From the NCBI RefSeq assembly GCF_009914755.1, contig NC_060926.1: a stretch of 64,000 bases of DNA. One strand, 5' to 3'. The stretch comes from the human T2T-CHM13v2.0 reference genome, Homo sapiens. Each line of letters begins with the position of its first letter. Within the stretch, counting starts at the first letter, position 1. The notes beneath the pieces were generated by a model. The model made no database searches and was not told the origin of the DNA. It saw only the letters and a program-made list of their open reading frames with translations. The position numbers and the translations under genes were made by a program. Shown piece after piece: positions 50,020 through 64,000 of this stretch.

Positions 50020-53000
50020 TGATGGCGGCAGCAGGCTGTCTGGTGCAGCAGCTGCCATCACACCCACCGCTGCAGGAAGGGCATGGGGAGGTGGCAGATG
50101 GATCCCACCCCCACAGCCCACTGCTCTGGGGGCTGCTGCAATGGGGCAGGGCTGGGTTTCCAGCTGGTTGGGGAGTAGTACAGTCAGTCAGAGAGGGTTC
50201 TCGAGGCAGAGCTGGGCCTGGGAAGGTACAGTGCTTGTACATGGAATGCTGGGGCCAGCCTGGGGAGGTGGAGCTGGGGCTGGGCTTCAGGGGCTGTGGT
50301 GGGAAGTGGGAGAAGTGCCCACTTTTGGACCAGTCAGGAATGCAGCAGTTGTGCCCAGCCCGCTAAGGATACTTGGTCCCTGGGCCTTAGGAGGAGGCTC
50401 TGTGCAGGGCTGCCCTGGGCCACATCCCCAGGATCTGCCCCATGTAGGGGTGACTGGTGAGCCTGACACACCTGATGGCAGGCCTGGGGCCCATTATCTG
50501 CTCCACCATGGTCTGTCCCTGAGTGCCAGGGCAATGGGAGGAGCTCATGGCAATGTCACCCTTCCCCAGGTGTGGGCCTGGGCCCAGAGAGGACCTGGAG
50601 CCCCCACCCCAGGCTATGAGGGGGCACCACAGGGGCTGCATGCTCCACAGAGCCTGTGGAAGCCAGGAGGAGGCAGCAGCCCTCCCTGCACCCTACCCTT
50701 GCACAGCTGCAGCTGCCAAAGTCTGGGCTATAGGCCCGGGCCTATGTGTACTCTTGGCCTGGGAGGGTCCCCTGTCCCCTACAGGCTCAGAAATGCCTGC
50801 TCCCACTGCCTGGCTTCTCCCCGCTCTTAGTGCCTGCTCCAATCTCAGAGGCACTGCCAGGGCTTCATGCTCCATGGAGCCAGCAGGAGCTCCACCCCTT
50901 GCAAGCTGGTGGGAGGGAGCTCCCTGGGTGAAGCTGCAGCCACCCTCCCAGGCACAGGACCTGGGAGTCTGTAGTCTACACCCTCAGGAATGAGAAGAAC
51001 CCCTGTCCCCACAGGCTCAGGGGTATCTGCTCCCACTGCCTGGCCTCTCCCTGCTACAGGTGCAGGCTCCAATCTGGGAGCAGTGTTGGAGCTGAGCTCA
51101 GGCACTGTTAGAGCCTGGCTGGATGTGTGCAAGCTTGGGCCCTGCCACCTTGGCCCTTTGTGAACTTTGGGTGCTGACAAGCACAGTGGGAGAAGCTGAG
51201 GCTGGGGGCCTGAGGGTGGCTTAGTGCTGGCCTGCAGGCACCCCTTGGTGTGAGCACCCCAGGTACCATGGAAGGTGGCAGGAGGCAAACAGGATCCTGC
51301 GCAGAAGTGGGAAGGTCCATGGCAGGGCCCCACCTTCAGGCCAGCCAGGGCCTGAAGGCTGAGGTCTAGGCTGTCAGTCCTGCAGACCAGTGGGAACTTG
51401 TGGTGCCTTCTCTGGGCCTACTCACGGCTGCAATGAACCAATCAGCATGCACTTCCTTCCCTCTGAGACCTATAAAAGCCCCAGGCTCAGCCAGAACAGA
51501 GGAGAAAATGGAGAGATGATGGGATGACCAGCTGCAGGGAGGAGCTACCCTCTTCAGGGCTTCCTTTCTGCTGAGAGCTGAACACTCGATGGGATGGCCT
51601 GCCTGCATAGAGGAGCCACCAACTTCAGGGCCTCCTCTGCTGAGAGCTGGACACAACCTGGCTGCAGAGAGGAGCTGCCACCTGTGGGTCTCCTCTGAGC
51701 TGTTCTCACACTCAATAAAGCTTCTCTTTGTCTCACTCACCCTCCACTTGTCTTCATACCTCATTCTTCCTGGATGCTGGACAAGAATTCAGGCAAAGGC
51801 ACCACTAGCCACAGAGGTTTCTGGCCAGAAAAACCAACACCCCAGAGATCCTGTAACATTTTGGGGGCTGGTCCAGGATCTGTGGAAGGATGAGAACAAG
51901 TGGATCTGCTCTTTCTGTCCTTATTTTGGAGTCTGCAACTCCACAATAGTCAAAATGAAAGAAAAATACCAAGCCTCTCTCAGCCAGTTAAAAGTGACTA
52001 GCGTGGCTGCCAGACTTAAGACATGGAGGACAGGCTTGCTGGGGAAGAAACTGTCAATCCCCCATCACCCCCAGGTGTTGGGAATGTTGACTTTGTTCCA
52101 ACCTGGTTTCCCTTCACGGAGGTCTAGCCATCATGTGGGACTGGAAGGAGGTCCTGAACAACTAAGGGTATCTGGCTGAGGCTACCCCTTGGTGTTATCC
52201 AAAGGCCCCTGGACTAACTCTAAACCCTGACTGCCTGTTAGGGTGTTGGCACTAGGATCTCCAGTCTTTCCTATTGTTCTTTCTTTCTTTCACAGCTGTC
52301 AAGGTTCATATCTCTTCTTCACATACAATGTTAAATGTTATGGATGTTGCTGCAAACCAGATATATTATTGGGTAGAAAGAGCATTTGGCTTAGTCATCA
52401 AAAGTATAAAATGAAAGTTTAAGAGCAGCACAAATGAAGCAAAGTGTGCCTTGGTACCTGTACGTGAATTTGTGGCAAAAATGTTCTTGTCATTTTCTTG
52501 GTTGCCAGAGTAATGCCAAGCACCTTGAGGCACACAAAAGAAGCATGGCTTCAGGAAGGAAGCATTAATTTCCATACCATACTGTAGCTGGGCCTTTTCT
52601 GTAAACACAAGGGCCAGTAGTCTGAGGTCCCATATGTGCAGGCCTTCTTTGCCTTTCAGGATAATCCAGACATTTGCCTCTGTTGCAGGATTGATTCAAC
52701 CCTCTTAGCAACCATCTCAGGAGAGGTCACAAGGGGAAATTCCAGGGAAATAGGGAAGCAAACCCCAGAGGTACCTCCAGCCAGTGAATTGACTCCCTCC
52801 ATTCCTCTCTATCTAAGTTCTCTTGCAAACTCACTTCCACCTAGGAATCCTCAGATTAGGCAGGTCCCACTCTCACTCCTGCCCCTACAACAGATGCCTG
52901 GTGAATATGGCCCCATTAAAGTCCAGGTCTTCTTTTCTTTACAGGACTTAAGGCAAATTAAAAGGGATTTTGGCAAGTTTTCAGACAGCCCTGACATGTA

Positions 53001-53296
53001 TATAGAGGCTTTCCAGAACATAACCCAAGTATTTGAGCTCTCCTAGAAAGATGTCAGGTTCCTTTTGAATCAAACCCTCACCACTGCTGAAAAGCAGGAC
53101 ACCCTGTAAGTGGCAGAGAATTTTGAGGATGAGCTTTATATCTCATATAGGGCCAGGGAAGAGAAGGAGCCTTATCCAATTGGAATAATAGCAGTACCAT
53201 TGGAAGACCCTAAAAGGGACCCCAAAGATGAAATGGGACCATGAACGAGGAAATATTTCAGGTGTGAAAAAGCAACACCCCAAAGATTCTGTAAAA
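50020..53296 (+). mobile_element. Deleted MER52-like ERV1 provirus: 5' LTR 50020-51858, tRNA-Pro PBS, partial gag, stub of 3' LTR
   Basis: LTR runs TGATGGCGGCAGC...GATCCTGTAACA with TATAAAA (51471) and AATAAA (51714). PBS TGGGGGCTGGTCCAGGAT at 51862-51879. 4-bp TSD CTAC at 50016 and 53297. Confidence 0.85.
52600..53250 (+). pseudogene. Decayed gammaretroviral-type gag (MA/CA region)
   Basis: ORF 52636..53046 (QAFFAFQDNPDIC...FSLQDLRQIKRDFGKFSDSPDMYIEAFQ) continues past in-frame stops as KDVRFLLNQTLT. Confidence 0.8.
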
Positions 53297-54499
53297 CTAC
53301 CACAAGAACAGTATGGGGAAACTGCCCCCCTGATTCAATTATCTCCACTTGACCCTGCCGTTAACATGTGGGGATTATTACAATTCAAGGTGAGATTTGT
53401 ATGGGTGGCAACTCAGCCAAACCATATCACCATGGAACCAATAGTTCCTGCAATTCCTTATCCCTGGGGCCCAGGTGATAACCTTCCAACATCTACCTGA
53501 AGGGCTGCAATGTCACCACAGCAGCTGGATCTAGCACCGCAGCTGTGACCTCGGCACCCAAGCTCACACATTGCCCTGCATCTCAAGGAACAGGTGGTTC
53601 AGCACAGCAGGGAGGCTGACCCCAGGACAGAGGGAGCCACCATGCATGTTCCCCATGGCCTGGGAGCCACCTGCTCAGGGCTTGTGCTGCCCCTGCTGGT
53701 GCCCTTGCTCCTCCAGTGCAGGACTGCCACGTGCTCACTTGCACCATGGAAGGACCCAAGGACTGGCTGCCTGTGGCCTGCCACCACCCCTACCAGTGAC
53801 TCTGTCCCTTCTAGTGGTGGAGCCATCATGCATCCATACATGATGCCCAAGAGCTCAAAGACCAGCCTGCCTGGAATCCCTGTCCCCAGCAAAGCCATGC
53901 CATAGCCTCCAAAAACAACCACAACTTAAGCCACTGAGACACTCACAGACACTGCTGATGTTGATTACATCAAAATAAATCATACACAGACTACATGACT
54001 GTGTCCACCCAGAACCAAAGCCAAAGCACCATAATCAACTGACTCCAAAGGATACATCTACAGGAAAATGTCTTTCCGTACGAAATATACTTCTTAAGAT
54101 TGGAAAAAGCAACTCTTCCATCAGATGCACAGAAATCAACACAGGGATGCAGGAAACATGGAAAAGCAAAGAAACGTGACATCTTCAAAAGAACACAATA
54201 GTTATCTAGCAACAGACCACAAAGTAAAGGAAAGCCATGAAATGCCTGAAAAATATTTCAAAATAATGATCTTAAGGGAACTCAGTGAGATGCAGGAAGG
54301 CAAAGACAGACAATTCAGGAAAACAAATTCAGGAAAATAAAATCAGGAAAACAATTTATAATCTGAATAAGAAATTCAACAGAGGTCAATATCATCAAAA
54401 ACCCAGAAATTTTGGGACTGAAGAATTCAATGAATAAAGAAAAGATGCAGTTGAGGGCTTCAACAATAGAGTAGATCAAGGCAAAAAAATAATTTCTGA

Positions 54500-54776
<277 letters not shown>

Positions 54777-55354
54777 TTAAAATACAGAAGTCAGAGAAAA
54801 ATAAAGAAAAAAGAATGAAGTAAGCCTATGTGACACATGGGATGCCATTAAGTAAAAAAGTTTTTGCATTATGAGAGTTCCAGAAGGAAAAGAGATGGGA
54901 CAAGAAATAAAATTATCTAATGAAATAATTGGAAATTATGCTAGTTCCACAGGGTCCATAGTGATAGGGACATTCAGATACAGTAAGCTCAAGACACCCA
55001 CATAGATTTAATCTAAAAAAGTCCTTTCTGAGGCACATTATAGTCAAACTGTCAAAAGTGAAAGACAAAGAGGGAATTCTAGAAACACCACATGATCTCA
55101 CTCATATTGGTAGCTAAAAAAGCTGATCCTATAGAAGTAGACAGTAGAACTGTGGTTATTAGGGGCCGAGACAGGTAGTGGGGGAGGTTAGAGAGAGGTT
55201 GATTAACAGATATAAAATTACAGCTAGATAGGAGGAATAAACTCTAATGTTCTATAGCATTGCAGAGTGACTATAGTTAACCATAATTTATTGTATATAT
55301 TCAAACGCTAGAAAAGAGAATTTTGAGTGTTCTCAGTACCAAGAAATGATAAAT

Positions 55355-55710
<356 letters not shown>

Positions 55711-55762
55711 TGTGTGAGGTACCAATTACCCTGATTTGATCATTGTGCATACACATATATCA

Positions 55763-56000
<238 letters not shown>

Positions 56001-56087
56001 AAAAATCACTCTGTATCTCATAAACATGTACAATTATTACATACTAACTAAAAATAAATAAATAAATAAACCTAATGGCTTCCATTC

Positions 56088-56211
56088 TGTTTTCCATAGA
56101 GACAGCATCTCACTATGTTGCCCAGGCAGGTCTCAAACTCCTGGCCTCAAGTGGTCCTCCCACCTCAGCCTCCCAAAGGGCTGAGATTACAGCCATGAAC
56201 CACTGTGGCCA
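56088..56211 (-). mobile_element. FLAM Alu monomer
   Basis: Reverse left-arm Alu. Confidence 0.8.
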
Positions 56212-56467
56212 GTCCTGGCTTCTATCCTAATGGCCAGAAATATCAGATAAAAATTACTCCAAATGCCTTTCCATAGTCTGAAGACCATCAGTGCCAGAGG
56301 CTGACCCTATTAAGTAAGCTTTGATATGGAGTTTCTTTAAATATTTCACAAATACTGTTAAAAAAAAAAGACGAAACCAATTTGGGAGAAATGGTTTAAT
56401 ATCTACCCAGTAGAAGAGACTAAAAATTATGTGTATATCTTGTGATTAATTTTAAAGATTAGCTTTT

Positions 56468-56522
56468 TTTCTCATTATAAATGTGACACATTTATAATGA
56501 GAAATTATAATGAATCGAATAA

Positions 56523-56543
<21 letters not shown>
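56468..56543. repeat. Two adjacent perfect hairpins (18-bp and 17-bp arms, 1-nt loops)
   Basis: TTTCTCATTATAAATGTG-A-CACATTTATAATGAGAAA (56468-56504) and AATGAATCGAATAAGCT-G-AGCTTATTCGATTCATT (56509-56543). Confidence 0.97.
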
Positions 56544-59359
<2,816 letters not shown>

Positions 59360-60134
59360 GGTGAGGGCATTGTTTTTGTTTGGATGTCATTTCTTCTAAG
59401 AAACAGAAATTCCCTGGAGTGTGCCATGGGCCTTGCCCTGTGCAGTCTCCTCTGTAATACTTGGTTCTTGCTTCAGGGTTTTCACAACTAACTACAGAGA
59501 GTTCTTGGATTTGGTTAAGGCATTTTCTCAAGGTGCAGTCGCTATATATAAATTCTTTTTCTATTGTTTTTCACACTATGTGCTCTGAAATTTGCTGAAT
59601 GCCTGCTTTGCTAGGTGCAGAAGTTAGTGTTTCTTGTAGAGTAAATCTGACAAAGTAGACAGAGGCCCCAGGGCAGGTTGTGGAGAGTAATAGCAGCTGA
59701 AGGTGACAGAGCAAGGTCGGCTTGGGCCTTGGGGGCCAGGCGAGGTTGAAGCTGGAAATTAGAGGAACCAGGGTATACCAAAGATACTTAATTCGAAGAG
59801 TGACAAAATAACTGGGCGCCAAATTAAACAGGGGTAGAATTATTGGGTCTTAAATAAAAGTGTTATTTAAAGCTCTTAAGGGGTCTCATGCTAAAACCTC
59901 AGACTGCAGGCAGAGGGATGTTTTCCCAAGTGGTCTGCAGGACTCTGTTGTGGGAGATATTGAGGACCCAGAAAATGGGTCCTGCCTGCAGATAAGTTTG
60001 GGAAACTTCTTCTTAAAATGTCCTCTTTGTGATTAAAATCTCATATTGGTGTTTTGAAGAAGGAAGATTTTCTACACTAAAGAAATCCATTTAATTTTGT
60101 TTGCAGCATAACCTCTTAAGGTTATTACAGAGCA

Positions 60135-62143
60135 GAATTCCTGCTCACCCGTGTGTCACACAAAGAACAGCAATGAACATCCTGAAAACTCCCGCTTACC
60201 CGTGTGTCACACATAGAACACCAATGAACGTCCTGCAAAACTCCTGCTCACCAGTGTCACGAACAGAACACCAATGAACATCCTCCAAAGCTCCCGCTCA
60301 CCCGTGTGTCACACACAGAACAGCAACGAATGTCCTGCAAAGCTCCCGCTCACCCATGTGTCACACTGAAAACCAATGAACGTCCTGTAAAACTCCCGCT
60401 CACCTGTGTGTCACACACAGAACACCAATGAACGTGCTGCAAAACTCCCGCTCACCCGTGCGTGTCACACACAGAGAACACCAATGACCGTCCTGCAAAA
60501 CTCCCGCTCACCTGTGTGTCACACAAAGAACAGCAATGAACGTCCTGCAAAACTCCCGCTCACCCGTGTGTCACACACAGAGAACAGCAATGAACATCTT
60601 GCAAAAATGCCACTCACCCCTGTGTCACACACAGAGAACACCAATGAACGTCCTGTAAAACTCCTTCTCACCCGTGTGTCACACACAGAACACCAATGTA
60701 CATCCTGTAAAACTCCCGCTCACCCGTGTGTCACACACAGAACACCAATGAATGTCCTGCAAAACTCCCGCTCACCCGTGTGTCACACACAGAACAGCAA
60801 TGAACGTCCTGCAAAACTCCCGCTCACCCCTGTGTCACATACACAACACCACTGAACATCCTGCAAAACTCCCGCTCACCCGTGAGTCACGCAGAGAACA
60901 CCAATGAACGTGCTGCAAAACTCCCGCTCACCCGTGCATGTCACACACAGAGAACAGCAATGAACGTCCTGCAAAACTCCCGCTCACCTGTGTGTCACAC
61001 AAAGAACAGCAATGAACGTCCTGCAAAAATGCCACTCACCCCTGGTCACACACAGAACACCAATGAACGTCCTGTAAAACTCCCGCTCACCCGTGTGTCA
61101 CGCAGAGAACACCAATGAACGTGCTGCAAAACTCCCGCTCACCCCTGTGTCACGCACAGGACAGCAATGAACGTCCTGCAAAACTCCCGCTCACCCATGT
61201 GTCACACACGGAGAACAGCAATGAACGTCCTGCAAAACTCCCGCTCACCTGTGTGTCACACAAAGAACAGCAATGAACGTCCTGCAAAACTTCCGCTCAC
61301 CCGTGTGTCACACACAGAGAACAGCAATGAACGTCCTGCAAAAATGCCACTCACCCCTGGTCACACACAGAACAGCAATGAACGTCCTGCAAAACTCCCG
61401 CTCACCCGTGTGTCACACACAGAGAACAGCAATGAACGTCCTGCAAAACTCCCGCTCACCTGTGTGTCACACAAAGAACAGCAATGAACGTCCTGCAAAA
61501 CTCCCGCTCACCTGTGTGTCACACACAGAGAACAGCAATGAACATCCTGCAAAAATGCCACTCACCCCTGGTCACACACAGAACAGCAATGAACGTCCTG
61601 TAAAACTCCTGCTCACCCGTGCGTGTCACACACAGAGAACACCAATGAATGTCCTGCAAAACTCCCGCTCATCTGTGTGTCACACAAAGAACAGCAATGA
61701 ACGTCCTGCAAAACTCCCGCTCACCTGTGTGTCACACACAGAGAACAGCAATGAACATCCTGCAAAAATGCCACTCACCCCTGTGTCACACACAGAGAAC
61801 ACCAATGAACGTCCTGTAAAACTCCTTCTCACCCGTGTGTCACACACAGAACACCAATGTATGTCCTGTAAAACTCCCACTCACCCGTGTGTCACACACA
61901 GAGAACAGCAATGAATGTCCAGCAAAACTCCTTCTCACCCATGTGTCACACAGAGAACACCAATGAACATCCTGTAAAACTCCTTCTCACCTGTGTGTCA
62001 CACAGAGAACACCAATGTATGTCCTGTAAAACTCCCACTCACCCGTGTGTCACACACAGAGAACAGCAATGAATGTCCAGCAAAACTCCTTCTCACCCAT
62101 GTGTCACACACAGAACAGCAATGAACGTCCTGCAAAACTCTGA
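60135..62143. repeat. VNTR, ~50-54-bp unit, roughly 38 copies
   Basis: Consensus GAACAGCAATGAACGTCCTGCAAAACTCCCGCTCACCCGTGTGTCACACACA. Confidence 0.97.
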
Positions 62144-64000
62144 CTCAGAGGACCTTGTCCAAAAAGAACAACATAACTCAACCAAATGCCTTTTTTAGTG
62201 TTTAAAAAAGTTGAAAAGAGATGAAATATTTATTAAATTTTTATTAATAAATATGAATGGTGGCTACATTTTCTGTATTTTATGTCTGCATTGCTCACAA
62301 CAGAGAGAAACATCATTGTAACTCATCTTAATGGTGAAAATATCAGCATTCCTTTCTCCAGCTGACCAAAATATCTCTGCTTTAATTTAAGCCTGATTCT
62401 TCTTGTTAATTTTCACAAACTCATGGAAAAACTGATCATTTTCCCCTTTATAAAAATGTATTACAATAATAATGAGAAAACACTTCCTTTTAATAATTTC
62501 CTTTAACTTTTTTTGTTTTATTATTTACTTAGCACTTTGAATCACTCCCATCACTTTTTCTGAACTTTCACTAGCTTTCTATTCTCTTTCACGTAATTAC
62601 CCCAAGGCACCTTTGAAGTTCATCAGAAAAAAAAAAAAAAAGGGAAAAGAGACTTCCTGGTACAAAAGAAGCTGCTGAGTCATTTTCCCCGGAACAGAAA
62701 ACACCAGGATTGTGCGGAAGTCAGGGCTCCGGAGGCACCTGCCCTCAGCAGGGCCAGGGCCACTGGAGAGTGGAGATCCCACACACCTGCCTGAGGTTGC
62801 TTTGGGCCCTATGAGGGGCAGTCCAAGAAGCTCCTCGTGTGGAAACATTATCTCATGGTTACCCAGTGGGCACCGAAGCAAGCCAAATCTTTGGTCCACA
62901 CACAAAGACTCCTTAGGAAAATTATGGGAAGCTGGTCAAAATGATAAAGTAGCACAATTGTTCCTTCTTCACAGGAACCTGGTGTTCTTAATCTTAACAC
63001 TTCAAATGGTGACATTTTAACCCAGGTGGAGGAAAACATTGGTGTCAAACTGCAGTCACATGTTTGTAATTCTCTCTATAAAACTTTAAAGGCATTGTGT
63101 GCATGTTAATCTTCAATAAATGTGATTTATATAGGCAGTTGGCAGTCATACGTTACCTGAACTTGTTCTGACAGGACAGATGAGGTTTCTGGAGCCTAAG
63201 GACCTACATCAACAAACCTAATTGTTTTGCCCGTGGCTTTTCCAATAAATGAAGGCACTATTGGGAAAAGGGCGATGGCTTGGCGTATTTACTGTGGGTG
63301 GTTGAGTGACACGCAGCCTGTGTGATTTAGCGGGAGCTTAATGGTGTCACATGTAAGAAACACTGCAGTCCCCTCTGAATCAAAAGGACTAGGAAGTTTC
63401 CAAAACCAACGACTAAGAACTGGTTATTAATTAAACAGGAACCTAATTAATAAATTACCTATAAAAGGTGTATTTTTAGAAATAATTACAATGTAATAAT
63501 TTATTTTGTACTTTAGAAGGAAGTTTATTGGCTTTGAGCTAATTTTTTCTGGGCAATCTAGACATTGACAGACCATGGAGAAGTAGCCACATGGCTGCAT
63601 TGGCTGTAATTTCTGACCACATATAGCAGGCTCTGATTATGAATTAATGCAAGGTTTTGGAAAAGACAATGGTTTTAAAGCCGATGGTCTCGGGCTAAAG
63701 CCTGGCCCTGTCACTTACTTGTTAAACGGACTGATGAAACTTAATAACTCTTCATCAGTACCGTTCAGATGATTGGACTTTCCCCACATGGTTCTATAGG
63801 GATTGACAAGGACCATATGTGGAAAAGTTTCTGATATAGTTGGTAGTTTCTTTGCTTTCTCCCTTTATTTTCAGCTATCTTCTTTCCCTCGATTCTGAAA
63901 CCTTGAGATTCCTAAGCTAGCAAGTGTGTTTGAAAGCAGCTAAGGGTATAGGCAGCACATTTCTGGCAATCTCCACAGTGGTATTTAGGAGAGAACTTTA

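Larger units (their letters stand above)
49791..53429 (-). mobile_element. THE1 MaLR LTR split into 49791-50019 and 53297-53429
   Basis: THE1 sequence resumes in register after the insertion. TSD CCAGG/CCATG. Confidence 0.88.

Noticed and set aside
49881-52179. Cluster of 130-230 aa ORFs
   Set aside because: They fall inside the GC-rich MER52-like LTR and leader, so they are not genes.
52636-53046. Possible domesticated gag gene
   Set aside because: Short fragment with in-frame stops, a non-ATG start and deleted downstream sequence.
60406-62072. Repetitive His/Cys-containing ORFs resembling zinc fingers
   Set aside because: Translations of the VNTR with shifting frames and no C2H2 spacing.

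Overview
This window is the end of a human (or closely related great ape) chromosome arm. The FAM110C gene indicates the 2p telomere and subtelomere, probably from a telomere-to-telomere assembly. From the chromosome end it runs: about 3.6 kb of (CCCTAA)n telomere with variant-repeat blocks, then a TAR1/TERRA-promoter CpG island (29-bp VNTR plus a 61-bp-type CTCF array). Repeat-rich subtelomeric DNA follows, then the two-exon minus-strand gene FAM110C (321 aa, CDS 39751-38806 joined to 34993-34974) with its CpG island. Beyond it lie heavily nested L1/LTR/ERV/Alu/DNA-transposon remnants and a ~2 kb VNTR of ~52-bp units. FAM110C is the only credible protein-coding gene. I found no convincing new gene system. 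The most unusual signals are three locally templated rearrangements: (i) two adjacent perfect hairpins at the junction of a ~280-bp direct duplication (56468-56800, copy at 59080-59359); (ii) a ~280-bp inverted duplication that covers a predicted splice donor (12234-12511 / 13343-13620); (iii) a ~100-bp patchwork of palindromes (6700-6798). Repeat subfamily names come from recall of consensus sequences and need RepeatMasker/Dfam confirmation.
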